A stretch of DNA of 64,000 nt from Escherichia coli. GTDB taxonomy: Bacteria; Pseudomonadota; Gammaproteobacteria; Enterobacterales; Enterobacteriaceae. Under the pieces are notes generated by a model that saw only the letters and a program-made list of their open reading frames with translations, had not been told where the DNA came from and did not search any database. The DNA lies in assembly GCF_003018235.1 (NCBI RefSeq), contig NZ_CP027437.1; one strand, given 5' to 3'. The number at the start of each line of letters is the position of its first letter. The stretch's first letter is position 1. This document shows positions 31,654 to 41,570 of this stretch, piece by piece. Made by a program: the position numbers and the translations under genes.

Positions 31654-31680
31654 GGCCGGATAAGGCGCAGCCGCATCCGG
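31654..31680. repeat. REP element between yjiA and mrr
   Basis: gccggataaggcgcagccgcatccgg, near-identical to the REP at 20656. Confidence 0.55.
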
Positions 31681-31689
31681 TCTGATATT

Positions 31690-32604
31690 TCACTCAAAAT
31701 AGTCCATATCCAGTTTCGGCACCTTCAACAAACGTGAAGAAACCCCTACTTCGTTTTCGATCATTAAGTGCACCAGGCGTTCCCCATCAACCAGCACCAT
31801 ACCCTCGACGGATTGGGCAAAGTCACGCGCCTGAGAAGTAAATCCAGAAGTGGTAATAAACACCCCACGTTTCGCTTTTTGCCCAGCCAGTGCGCCGTAA
31901 AATGCCTGTAATTCTGGCCTGCCTACAGTATTCTGCCAACGTTTTGCCTGAACATAAACTTTCTCCAGGCCAAGTTTATCAAGCGATATCACACCATCGA
32001 TGCCACCATCTCCAGTACCGCCAACACGCTGCAAATCATCACGGTGGCCGCCATACCCCAGGCGATGCAAAACATCCAGAACAATGACTTCAAAGCGCGA
32101 AGGAGAAACCTGCAATAAGTTTTCCAGAACCTCATCAGCCACCGCATCACGAAGCTCTTTTAGCGCCTGATCTAACCGATCGTCCGGGCTGCTCTTTGCA
32201 AGTTCTTCATGATCGGGAGAGTCGGCTTTCGGATCTAAATCGACGGCATCCGGCCGTGACTTAAGTTTGACATTCACAAAATCGAAGGCCAGATGGTTCG
32301 TCTCCTGCTCCGTCATTGGCTGGGGATGAGACGCAACCCAGTCAAAACCCGCAGGAGTCAGGCACCATTTGCCACGCGACAAACTTTGCGACAACCCGGC
32401 ACGTTTTAAACGGTCATGCGCCCAGCCTGCACGATTTTTATAAACAAGTTGTCCGCTGGTAATGACTTTCGCTCGCTGGCTGTCATCCAGTCCTAATGCA
32501 TCCGCGGCAGCCTCATGAACATCACGCGCGGCTGCACCTTCCGGTTTTGTCGCCAGATAACGCAGAACAGGTTCAATAAATTTGTCATAGGTTGGAACCG
32601 TCAT
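31690..32604 (-). CDS. mrr: Type IV methyl-directed restriction endonuclease Mrr
   Basis: 304-aa ORF; C-terminal Mrr-cat PD-(D/E)xK domain; position flanking hsdR. Confidence 0.9.
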   Translation of the reverse strand: MTVPTYDKFIEPVLRYLATKPEGAAARDVHEAAADALGLDDSQRAKVITSGQLVYKNRAGWAHDRLKRAGLSQSLSRGKWCLTPAGFDWVASHPQPMTEQETNHLAFDFVNVKLKSRPDAVDLDPKADSPDHEELAKSSPDDRLDQALKELRDAVADEVLENLLQVSPSRFEVIVLDVLHRLGYGGHRDDLQRVGGTGDGGIDGVISLDKLGLEKVYVQAKRWQNTVGRPELQAFYGALAGQKAKRGVFITTSGFTSQARDFAQSVEGMVLVDGERLVHLMIENEVGVSSRLLKVPKLDMDYFE

Positions 32605-32791
32605 AGTACATCCTTGCAGAATCAGGTAGATGTTTTTCGGCTACTATAACACTACCAAAATAGGCGAACACGTTAGAAATGAGTCAGTTGCTGTGACCGT
32701 GGTCATTGCCCGGAAAGGTACAGAAAGCTAAGATGCGATGTTATGGGCCTTAAATATTTGGACAGGCCCACACAGCAATGGATTAATAACA

Positions 32792-35700
32792 ATGATGAAT
32801 AAATCCAATTTTGAATTCCTGAAGGGCGTCAACGACTTCACTTATGCCATCGCCTGTGCGGCGGAAAATAACTACCCGGATGATCCCAACACGACGCTGA
32901 TTAAAATGCGTATGTTTGGCGAAGCCACAGCGAAACATCTTGGTCTGTTACTCAACATCCCCCCTTGTGAGAATCAACACGATCTCCTGCGCGAACTCGG
33001 CAAAATCGCCTTCGTTGATGACAACATCCTCTCTGTATTTCACAAATTACGCCGCATTGGTAACCAGGCGGTGCACGAATATCACAACGATCTCGACGAT
33101 GCCCAGATGTGCCTGCGGCTCGGGTTCCGCTTGGCTGTCTGGTACTACCGTCTGGTCACCAAAGATTATGACTTCCCGGTGCCGGTATTTGTGTTGCCGG
33201 AACGTGGCGAAAACCTCTATCACCAGGAAGTGCTGACGCTAAAACAACAGCTTGAACAGCAGGCGCGAGAAAAAGCGCAGACTCAGGCAGAAGTCGAAGC
33301 GCAACAGCAGAAGCTGGTTGCCCTGAACGGCTATATCGCCATTCTGGAAGGCAAACAGCAGGAAACAGAAGCGCAAACCCAGGCTCGCCTTGCGGCGCTG
33401 GAAGCACAGCTTGCCGAGAAGAACGCGGAACTGGCAAAACAGACCGAACAGGAACGTAAGGCTTACCACAAAGAAATTACCGATCAGGCCATCAAGCGCG
33501 CACTCAACCTTAGCGAAGAAGAGAGCCGCTTCCTGATTGACGCGCAACTGCGTAAAGCAGGCTGGCAGGCCGATAGCAAAACCCTGCGCTTCTCCAAAGG
33601 CGCACGCCCGGAACCCGGCGTCAATAAAGCCATTGCCGAATGGCCGACCGGGAAAGATGAAACGGGTAATCAGGGCTTTGCGGATTATGTGCTGTTTGTC
33701 GGCCTCAAGCCCATCGCGGTGGTAGAGGCGAAACGTAAAAATATCGACGTTCCAGGCAAGCTCAATGAGTCTTATCGCTACAGCAAATGCTTCGATAATG
33801 GCTTCCTGCGGGAAACCTTGCTTGAGCACTACTCACCGGATGAAGTGCATGAAGCAGTGCCGGAGTATGAAACCAGCTGGCAGGACACCAGCGGCCAACA
33901 ACGGTTTAAAATCCCCTTCTGCTACTCGACCAACGGGCGCGAATACCGCGCAGCAATGAAGACCAAAAGCGGCATCTGGTATCGCGACGTGCGTGATACC
34001 CGCAATATGTCGAAAGCCTTACCCGAGTGGCACCGCCCGGAAGAGCTGCTGGAAATGCTCGGCAGTGAACCGCAAAAACAGAATCAGTGGTTTGCCGATA
34101 ACCCTGGTATGAGCGAGCTGGGTCTGCGTTATTATCAGGAAGATGCCGTCCGCGCGGTTGAAAAGGCTATCGTCAAGGGCCAACAAGAGATCCTACTGGC
34201 GATGGCGACCGGTACCGGTAAAACCCGTACGGCAATCGCCATGATGTTCCGCCTGATCCAGTCCCAACGTTTTAAACGCATTCTCTTCCTTGTGGATCGC
34301 CGCTCTCTTGGCGAGCAGGCGCTGGGGGCGTTTGAAGATACGCGTATTAACGGCGACACCTTCAACAGCATTTTCGACATTAAAGGTCTGACGGATAAAT
34401 TCCCGGAAGACAGCACAAAAATTCACGTTGCCACCGTACAGTCGCTGGTGAAACGCACCCTGCAATCAGATGAACCGATGCCGGTGGCCCGTTACGACTG
34501 TATCGTCGTTGACGAAGCGCATCGCGGCTATATTCTCGATAAAGAGCAGACCGAAGGCGAGCTGCAGTTCCGCAGCCAGCTGGATTACGTTTCTGCCTAC
34601 CGTCGCATTCTCGATCACTTCGATGCGGTAAAAATCGCCCTCACCGCCACCCCGGCGCTGCATACGGTGCAGATTTTCGGCGAGCCGGTTTACCGTTACA
34701 CCTACCGTACCGCGGTTATCGACGGTTTTCTGATCGACCAGGATCCGCCGATTCAGATCACCACCCGCAACGCACAGGAAGGGGTTTATCTCTCCAAGGG
34801 CGAACAGGTAGAGCGCATCAGCCCGCAGGGAGAAGTGATCAACGATACCCTGGAAGACGATCAGGATTTTGAGGTCGCCGACTTTAACCGAGGCCTGGTG
34901 ATCCCGGCGTTTAACCGCGCCGTCTGTAACGAACTCACCAACTACCTTGATCCGACCGGGTCACAAAAAACGCTGGTCTTCTGCGTCACCAATGCCCATG
35001 CCGATATGGTGGTGGAAGAGCTGCGTACCGCATTCAAGAAAAAGTATCCGCAACTGGAGCACGACGCGATCATCAAGATCACCGGTGATGCCGATAAAGA
35101 CGCGCGCAAAGTGCAGACCATGATCACCCGTTTCAATAAAGAGCGGCTGCCCAATATCGTGGTAACCGTCGACCTGCTGACGACCGGTGTCGATATTCCG
35201 TCGATCTGTAATATCGTGTTCCTGCGTAAAGTACGCAGCCGCATTCTGTACGAACAGATGAAAGGCCGCGCCACGCGCTTATGCCCGGAGGTGAATAAAA
35301 CCAGCTTTAAGATTTTTGACTGTGTCGATATTTACAGCACGCTGGAGAGCGTCGACACCATGCGTCCGGTGGTGGTGCGCCCGAAGGTGGAACTGCAAAC
35401 GCTGGTCAATGAAATTACCGATTCAGAAACCTATAAAATCACCGAAGCGGATGGCCGTAGCTTTGCCGAGCACAGCCATGAACAACTGGTGGCGAAGCTC
35501 CAGCGCATCATCGGCCTGGCCACATTTAACCGTGACCGCAGCGAAACGATAGATAAACAGGTGCGTCGTCTGGATGAGCTATGCCAGGACGCGGCGGGAG
35601 TGAACTTTAACGGCTTCGCCTCGCGCCTGCGGGAAAAAGGGCCGCACTGGAGCGCCGAAGTCTTTAACAAACTGCCTGGCTTTATCGCCCGTCTGGAAAA

Positions 35701-36304
35701 GCTGAAAACCGACATCAACAACCTGAATGATGCGCCGATCTTCCTCGATATCGACGATGAAGTGGTGAGCGTAAAATCGTTGTACGGTGATTACGACACG
35801 CCGCAGGATTTCCTCGAAGCCTTTGACTCGCTGGTGCAACGTTCCCCGAACGCACAGCCGGCATTGCAGGCGGTGATCAATCGCCCGCGCGATCTCACCC
35901 GTAAAGGGCTGGTCGAACTCCAGGAGTGGTTTGACCGCCAGCACTTTGAGGAATCTTCCCTGCGCAAAGCGTGGAAAGAGACGCGTAATGAAGATATTGC
36001 CGCCCGGCTGATTGGTCATATTCGCCGTGCTGCGGTAGGCGATGCGCTGAAACCGTTTGAGGAACGTGTCGATCACGCGCTGACGCGCATCAAGGGCGAA
36101 AACGACTGGAGCAGCGAGCAATTAAGCTGGCTCGATCGTTTAGCGCAGGCGCTGAAAGAGAAAGTGGTGCTCGACGACGATGTCTTCAAAACCGGCAACT
36201 TCCACCGTCGCGGCGGGAAGGCGATGCTGCAAAGAACCTTTGACGATAATCTCGACAACCTGCTCGATAAATTCAGCGATTATATCTGGGACGAGCTGGC
36301 CTGA
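32792..36304 (+). CDS. hsdR: Type I restriction enzyme R subunit (HsdR), family IA
   Basis: ORF 32738..36304, start at MMNKSNFEFL; SF2 helicase motifs (ATGTGKT, VVDEAHRG). Confidence 0.95.
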   Translation: MMNKSNFEFLKGVNDFTYAIACAAENNYPDDPNTTLIKMRMFGEATAKHLGLLLNIPPCENQHDLLRELGKIAFVDDNILSVFHKLRRIGNQAVHEYHNDLDDAQMCLRLGFRLAVWYYRLVTKDYDFPVPVFVLPERGENLYHQEVLTLKQQLEQQAREKAQTQAEVEAQQQKLVALNGYIAILEGKQQETEAQTQARLAALEAQLAEKNAELAKQTEQERKAYHKEITDQAIKRALNLSEEESRFLIDAQLRKAGWQADSKTLRFSKGARPEPGVNKAIAEWPTGKDETGNQGFADYVLFVGLKPIAVVEAKRKNIDVPGKLNESYRYSKCFDNGFLRETLLEHYSPDEVHEAVPEYETSWQDTSGQQRFKIPFCYSTNGREYRAAMKTKSGIWYRDVRDTRNMSKALPEWHRPEELLEMLGSEPQKQNQWFADNPGMSELGLRYYQEDAVRAVEKAIVKGQQEILLAMATGTGKTRTAIAMMFRLIQSQRFKRILFLVDRRSLGEQALGAFEDTRINGDTFNSIFDIKGLTDKFPEDSTKIHVATVQSLVKRTLQSDEPMPVARYDCIVVDEAHRGYILDKEQTEGELQFRSQLDYVSAYRRILDHFDAVKIALTATPALHTVQIFGEPVYRYTYRTAVIDGFLIDQDPPIQITTRNAQEGVYLSKGEQVERISPQGEVINDTLEDDQDFEVADFNRGLVIPAFNRAVCNELTNYLDPTGSQKTLVFCVTNAHADMVVEELRTAFKKKYPQLEHDAIIKITGDADKDARKVQTMITRFNKERLPNIVVTVDLLTTGVDIPSICNIVFLRKVRSRILYEQMKGRATRLCPEVNKTSFKIFDCVDIYSTLESVDTMRPVVVRPKVELQTLVNEITDSETYKITEADGRSFAEHSHEQLVAKLQRIIGLATFNRDRSETIDKQVRRLDELCQDAAGVNFNGFASRLREKGPHWSAEVFNKLPGFIARLEKLKTDINNLNDAPIFLDIDDEVVSVKSLYGDYDTPQDFLEAFDSLVQRSPNAQPALQAVINRPRDLTRKGLVELQEWFDRQHFEESSLRKAWKETRNEDIAARLIGHIRRAAVGDALKPFEERVDHALTRIKGENDWSSEQLSWLDRLAQALKEKVVLDDDVFKTGNFHRRGGKAMLQRTFDDNLDNLLDKFSDYIWDELA

Positions 36305-36505
36305 CACGTATACACTTCATCCTTCAGGCTGCCTCTGCGTTGGCTGCGCTCGTTCACCCCGGTCACGTACTTCTGTACGCTCCCGGGGATTCACTCACTT
36401 GCCGCCTTGATGCAACCTGAATGATTTTGTGTATATTACCCTCGGCAATTTCTTCTTCTACGGCCCCAAACAATGCGGGCCGTTGTTTAATTTACGGAAC
36501 TCACA

Positions 36506-38095
36506 ATGAACAATAACGATCTGGTCGCGAAGCTGTGGAAGCTGTGCGACAACCTGCGCGATGGCGGCGTTTCCTATCAAAACTACGTCAATGAACTCGC
36601 CTCGCTGCTGTTTTTGAAAATGTGTAAAGAGACCGGGCAGGAAGCGGAATACCTGCCGGAAGGTTACCGCTGGGATGACCTGAAATCCCGCATCGGCCAG
36701 GAGCAGTTGCAGTTCTACCGAAAAATGCTCGTGCATTTAGGCGAAGATGACAAAAAGCTGGTACAGGCAGTTTTTCATAATGTTAGTACCACCATCACCG
36801 AGCCGAAACAAATAACCGCACTGGTCAGCAATATGGATTCACTGGACTGGTACAACGGCGCGCACGGTAAGTCGCGCGATGACTTCGGCGATATGTACGA
36901 AGGGCTGCTGCAGAAGAACGCCAACGAAACCAAGTCTGGTGCAGGCCAGTACTTCACCCCGCGTCCGCTGATTAAAACCATTATTCATCTGCTGAAACCG
37001 CAGCCACGTGAAGTGGTACAGGACCCGGCAGCGGGTACGGCGGGCTTTTTGATTGAAGCCGACCGCTACGTTAAGTCGCAGACCAATGATCTGGACGACC
37101 TTGATGGCGACACGCAGGATTTCCAAATCCACCGCGCGTTTATCGGCCTCGAACTGGTGCCCGGCACCCGTCGTCTGGCGCTGATGAACTGCCTGCTGCA
37201 CGATATTGAAGGCAACCTCGACCACGGCGGCGCAATCCGTCTGGGCAACACTCTGGGTAGCGACGGTGAAAACCTGCCGAAGGCGCATATTGTCGCCACT
37301 AACCCGCCGTTTGGCAGCGCCGCAGGCACCAACATTACCCGCACCTTTGTTCACCCGACCAGCAACAAACAGTTGTGCTTTATGCAGCATATTATTGAAA
37401 CGCTGCATCCCGGCGGTCGTGCGGCGGTGGTTGTGCCGGATAACGTGCTGTTTGAAGGCGGCAAAGGCACCGACATTCGTCGTGACCTGATGGATAAGTG
37501 TCATCTGCACACCATTCTGCGTCTGCCGACCGGTATTTTTTACGCTCAGGGCGTGAAGACCAACGTGCTGTTCTTTACCAAAGGGACGGTGGCGAACCCG
37601 AATCAGGATAAGAACTGTACCGATGATGTGTGGGTGTATGACCTGCGTACCAATATGCCGAGTTTCGGCAAGCGCACGCCGTTTACCGACGAGCATTTGC
37701 AGCCGTTTGAGCGCGTGTATGGCGAAGACCCGCACGGTTTAAGCCCGCGTACTGAAGGAGAATGGAGTTTTAACGCCGAAGAGACGGAAGTTGCCGACAG
37801 CGAAGAGAACAAAAATACCGATCAGCATCTTGCTACCAGCCGCTGGCGCAAGTTCAGCCGTGAGTGGATCCGCACCGCGAAATCCGATTCGCTGGATATC
37901 TCCTGGCTGAAAGATAAAGACAGTATTGATGCCGACAACCTGCCGGAGCCGGATGTGTTAGCGGCAGAAGCGATGGGCGAACTGGTACAGGCGCTGTCTG
38001 AACTGGATGCGCTGATGCGTGAACTGGGGGCGAGCGATGAGGCGGATGCGCAGCGCCAGTTGCTGGAAGAAGCATTTGGTGGGGTGAAGGAATGA
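36506..38095 (+). CDS. hsdM: Type I restriction-modification N6-adenine DNA methyltransferase subunit (HsdM)
   Basis: 529-aa ORF with SAM-binding and catalytic NPPF motif (TNPPFGSA). Confidence 0.95.
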   Translation: MNNNDLVAKLWKLCDNLRDGGVSYQNYVNELASLLFLKMCKETGQEAEYLPEGYRWDDLKSRIGQEQLQFYRKMLVHLGEDDKKLVQAVFHNVSTTITEPKQITALVSNMDSLDWYNGAHGKSRDDFGDMYEGLLQKNANETKSGAGQYFTPRPLIKTIIHLLKPQPREVVQDPAAGTAGFLIEADRYVKSQTNDLDDLDGDTQDFQIHRAFIGLELVPGTRRLALMNCLLHDIEGNLDHGGAIRLGNTLGSDGENLPKAHIVATNPPFGSAAGTNITRTFVHPTSNKQLCFMQHIIETLHPGGRAAVVVPDNVLFEGGKGTDIRRDLMDKCHLHTILRLPTGIFYAQGVKTNVLFFTKGTVANPNQDKNCTDDVWVYDLRTNMPSFGKRTPFTDEHLQPFERVYGEDPHGLSPRTEGEWSFNAEETEVADSEENKNTDQHLATSRWRKFSREWIRTAKSDSLDISWLKDKDSIDADNLPEPDVLAAEAMGELVQALSELDALMRELGASDEADAQRQLLEEAFGGVKE

Positions 38096-39459
38096 GTGCT
38101 GGGAAATTGCCGGAGGGGTGGGAACAGATTGAAATAGGCGACATTGCTGATGTCATCTCTGGTGGGACACCAAAATCGGGAGTCGCTGAAAATTTTGCAC
38201 CTTCGGGTGAGGGAGTCGCCTGGCTTACGCCTGCCGATTTGAGCGGTTATAAAGAGAAATATATCTCACATGGTGCCAGAGATTTAACTACACTAGGCTA
38301 TTCCTCTTGTTCAGCAAAACTAATGCCCAAAGGCACTATACTTTTTAGTAGCCGGGCACCGATTGGATATGTTGCTATTGCTGCAAATGAGATTGCGACT
38401 AACCAGGGTTTCAAAAGTTTTGCTTTTCCTTCAGACATTTTTCCTGATTATGCATATTACTTTCTCCGCAACATCAGACATATTGCAGAGGAAATGGGCA
38501 CAGGAACAACTTTTAAAGAAATTTCTGGTAGTTCTGCGAAAACATTACCATTTGTTCTTGTACCGTTTGCCGAACAAAAAATCATCGCTGAAAAACTCGA
38601 TACGCTGCTGGCACAGGTAGACAGCACCAAAGCACGTCTTGAGCAAATCCCACAAATCCTGAAACGTTTTCGTCAGGCGGTTCTGGGTGCAGCGGTGAGA
38701 GGAAAACTAACTGAAGACTGGAGAGATAATTCAAGCCTGTCTGGGTGGAGAGAAGGCAAACTTGGGGAGTTTATAAAAAAACCAAGTTACGGAACGTCAT
38801 CTAAGTCTAATAAAGAAGGACTCATTCCTGTATTAAGAATGGGCAATCTTCAGGGAGGAAAGTTGGACTGGACGGATCTAGTCTATACGTCAGATACCAT
38901 AGAAATTGAAAAGTATAAACTTGAGTACAATGATGTATTATTCAATCGTACAAATAGTCCTGAACTTGTCGGGAAAACAGCCATATATAAATCAGAGCAA
39001 CCAGCTATTTATGCAGGTTATTTGATTAGGGTTCAATGTTTACCTGATTTAAACCCTGACTATCTTAACTACCATTTAAATAGCATTTTGGGGAGACAAT
39101 ATTGCTATTCAGTTAAATCTGATGGGGTCAGTCAATCAAATATTAATGCACAGAAATTAATTGCATACCCAATAACTGTTCCCCCCCTTCCCGAACAAGC
39201 TGAAATCGTTCGCCGCGTCGAGCAACTCTTCGCCTACGCCGACACAATAGAAAAACAGGTCAACAACGCCTTAGCCCGCGTCAACAATCTGACGCAATCC
39301 ATCCTGGCAAAAGCGTTCCGTGGTGAACTCACCGCCCAGTGGCGGGCCGAAAACCCGGAATTAATCAGCGGTGAAAACAGCGCCGCCGCGTTGCTGGAGA
39401 AAATCAAAGCTGAACGCGCAGCCAGCGGGGGTAAAAAAGCCTCGCGTAAAAAGTCCTGA
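38092..39459 (+). CDS. hsdS: Type I R-M specificity subunit HsdS, family IA conserved framework with two divergent target-recognition domains
   Basis: 455-aa ORF overlapping hsdM stop; conserved N-terminus, central and C-terminal EcoKI-like framework; variable blocks (~38130-38560, ~38700-39180) are AT-rich and unlike K-12. Confidence 0.9.
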   Translation: MSAGKLPEGWEQIEIGDIADVISGGTPKSGVAENFAPSGEGVAWLTPADLSGYKEKYISHGARDLTTLGYSSCSAKLMPKGTILFSSRAPIGYVAIAANEIATNQGFKSFAFPSDIFPDYAYYFLRNIRHIAEEMGTGTTFKEISGSSAKTLPFVLVPFAEQKIIAEKLDTLLAQVDSTKARLEQIPQILKRFRQAVLGAAVRGKLTEDWRDNSSLSGWREGKLGEFIKKPSYGTSSKSNKEGLIPVLRMGNLQGGKLDWTDLVYTSDTIEIEKYKLEYNDVLFNRTNSPELVGKTAIYKSEQPAIYAGYLIRVQCLPDLNPDYLNYHLNSILGRQYCYSVKSDGVSQSNINAQKLIAYPITVPPLPEQAEIVRRVEQLFAYADTIEKQVNNALARVNNLTQSILAKAFRGELTAQWRAENPELISGENSAAALLEKIKAERAASGGKKASRKKS

Positions 39460-39592
39460 TCATTATTTTCTGGCGCACCTTTCTGGTGCGCTATTTATTA
39501 TTTTTACGCCAATCATAACTCACACAAATATATTTAAATCGTTCCAGAAACTTCCCATTTTATTCTATTTTTAGCTGGACTTTCCCTGTATT

Positions 39593-39612
39593 TACTGATG
39601 ATATATCCAGGT
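39593..39612. promoter_or_regulatory. LexA (SOS) box-like site upstream of symE
   Basis: tactgatgatatatccaggt: CTG-N10-CAG core with AT-rich centre. Confidence 0.5.
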
Positions 39613-39639
39613 ATTTAGCGCGATGCGGATGTGCGCCAA

Positions 39640-39720
39640 CACACCCGCACCGCTCATCACAATCACTATTTATGGAGAATAGTAATCATGACTGACACGC
39701 ATTCTATTGCACAACCGTTC
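39640..39720 (-). ncRNA. symR: Candidate antisense sRNA SymR (type I antitoxin) overlapping the symE translation-initiation region; boundaries approximate
   Basis: Positional inference from the known symE/symR arrangement; not folded or promoter-mapped here. Confidence 0.35.
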
Positions 39721-40029
39721 GAAGCAGAAGTCTCCCCGGCAAATAACCGTCAATTAACCGTGAGTTATGCGAGTCGCTACCCGGATTACAGCCGTATTCC
39801 CGCCATCACCCTGAAAGGTCAGTGGCTGGAAGCCGCCGGTTTTGCCACTGGCACGGCGATAGATGTCAAAGTGATGGAAGGCTGTATTGTCCTCACCGCC
39901 CAACCCCCCGCCGCCGAAGAGAGCGAACTGATGCAGTCGCTTCGCCAGGTGTGCAAGCTGTCGGCGCGTAAACAAAGGCAGGTGCAGGAGTTTATTGGAG
40001 TGATTGCCGGTAAACAGAAAGTCGCGTAA
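39688..40029 (+). CDS. symE: SOS-induced toxin SymE (AbrB/SpoVT-fold endoribonuclease-like)
   Basis: Start at [15 protein letters not shown] inside ORF 39631..40029; 113 aa; between hsdS and mcrB. Confidence 0.85.
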   Translation: MTDTHSIAQPFEAEVSPANNRQLTVSYASRYPDYSRIPAITLKGQWLEAAGFATGTAIDVKVMEGCIVLTAQPPAAEESELMQSLRQVCKLSARKQRQVQEFIGVIAGKQKVA

Positions 40030-40190
40030 CAGCGTTTACTCCCGGTTAACCACCGGGAGCTTTCCACTGACTCAATAGAAACTTTCCCCCTCAGTAAATA
40101 TTTACCTGCCTGATTGTGCAGTAAAAATCTATTGTTTCAGTACGTTGCGAAAGCGATAATAGAGGCTTAGCAATGAGGAAGGCACATCTT

Positions 40191-41570
40191 ATGGAATCAA
40201 TTCAAGCCTGGATTGAAAAATTTATTGAGCAAGCACAGCAACAAAGTTCACAATCCACTAAAGATTATCCAACGTCTTACCGTAACCTGCGAGTAAAAGT
40301 GAGTTTCGGTTATGGCAATTTTACATCTATTCCCTGGTTTGCATTTCTTGGAGAAGGTCAGGAAGTTTCTAACGGTATATATCCCGTTATTCTCTATTAT
40401 AAAGATTTTGATGAGTTGGTTTTGGCTTATGGTATAAGTGACACGAATAAACCACATGCCCAATGGCACTTTTCTTCTGACATACCTAAAACAATCGCAG
40501 AGTATTTCCAGGCAACTTCAGGTGTATATCCTAAAAAATACGGACAGTCCTATTACGCCTGTTCCCAAAAAGTCTCACAGGGTCTTGATTATACCCGGCT
40601 TGCCTCCATGCTGGACAACATAATCAACGACTATAAATTAATATTTAATTCTGGCAAGAGTGTTATTCCACCTATGTCAAAAACTGAATCATACTGTCTG
40701 GAAGATGCGTTAAATGATTTGTTTATCCCTGAAACCACAATAGAGACGATACTCAAACGATTAACCATCAAAAAAAATATTATCCTCCAGGGGCCGCCCG
40801 GCGTTGGAAAAACCTTTGTTGCACGCCGTCTGGCTTACTTGCTGACAGGAGAAAAGGCTCCGCAACGCGTCAATATGGTTCAGTTCCATCAATCTTATAG
40901 CTATGAGGATTTTATACAGGGCTATCGTCCGAATGGCGTCGGCTTCCGACGTAAAGACGGCATATTTTACAATTTTTGTCAGCAAGCTAAAGAGCAGCCA
41001 GAGAAAAAGTATATTTTTATTATAGATGAAATCAATCGTGCCAATCTCAGTAAAGTATTTGGCGAAGTGATGATGTTAATGGAACATGATAAACGAGGTG
41101 AAAACTGGTCTGTTCCCCTAACCTACTCCGAAAACGATGAAGAACGATTCTATGTCCCGGAGAATGTTTATATCATCGGTTTAATGAATACTGCCGATCG
41201 CTCTCTGGCCGTTGTTGACTATGCCCTACGCAGACGATTTTCTTTCATAGATATTGAGCCAGGTTTTGATACACCACAGTTCCGGAATTTTTTACTGAAT
41301 AAAAAAGCAGAACCTTCATTTGTTGAGTCTTTATGCCAAAAAATGAACGAGTTAAACCAGGAAATCAGCAAAGAGGCCACTATCCTTGGGAAAGGATTCC
41401 GCATTGGGCATAGTTACTTCTGCTGTGGGTTGGAAGATGGCACCTCTCCGGATACGCAATGGCTTAATGAAATTGTGATGACGGATATCGCCCCTTTACT
41501 CGAAGAATATTTCTTTGATGACCCCTATAAACAACAGAAATGGACCAACAAATTATTAGGGGACTCATAG
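40191..41570 (+). CDS. mcrB: 5-methylcytosine-specific restriction enzyme McrBC, GTPase/DNA-binding subunit McrB
   Basis: ORF 40173..41570, start at MESIQAWIEKF; AAA+ GTPase motifs GPPGVGKT and NTADRS. Confidence 0.9.
   Translation: MESIQAWIEKFIEQAQQQSSQSTKDYPTSYRNLRVKVSFGYGNFTSIPWFAFLGEGQEVSNGIYPVILYYKDFDELVLAYGISDTNKPHAQWHFSSDIPKTIAEYFQATSGVYPKKYGQSYYACSQKVSQGLDYTRLASMLDNIINDYKLIFNSGKSVIPPMSKTESYCLEDALNDLFIPETTIETILKRLTIKKNIILQGPPGVGKTFVARRLAYLLTGEKAPQRVNMVQFHQSYSYEDFIQGYRPNGVGFRRKDGIFYNFCQQAKEQPEKKYIFIIDEINRANLSKVFGEVMMLMEHDKRGENWSVPLTYSENDEERFYVPENVYIIGLMNTADRSLAVVDYALRRRFSFIDIEPGFDTPQFRNFLLNKKAEPSFVESLCQKMNELNQEISKEATILGKGFRIGHSYFCCGLEDGTSPDTQWLNEIVMTDIAPLLEEYFFDDPYKQQKWTNKLLGDS

Noticed and set aside
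33239-33829. 196-aa ORF antisense to hsdR, plus other internal antisense ORFs in hsdR (35579..36121)
   Set aside because: Inside the hsdR coding region; low-complexity translation; no start context.
36839-37735. 298-aa ORF antisense to hsdM
   Set aside because: Entirely inside hsdM on the opposite strand; no RBS or recognisable fold; hsdM has clear methyltransferase motifs.
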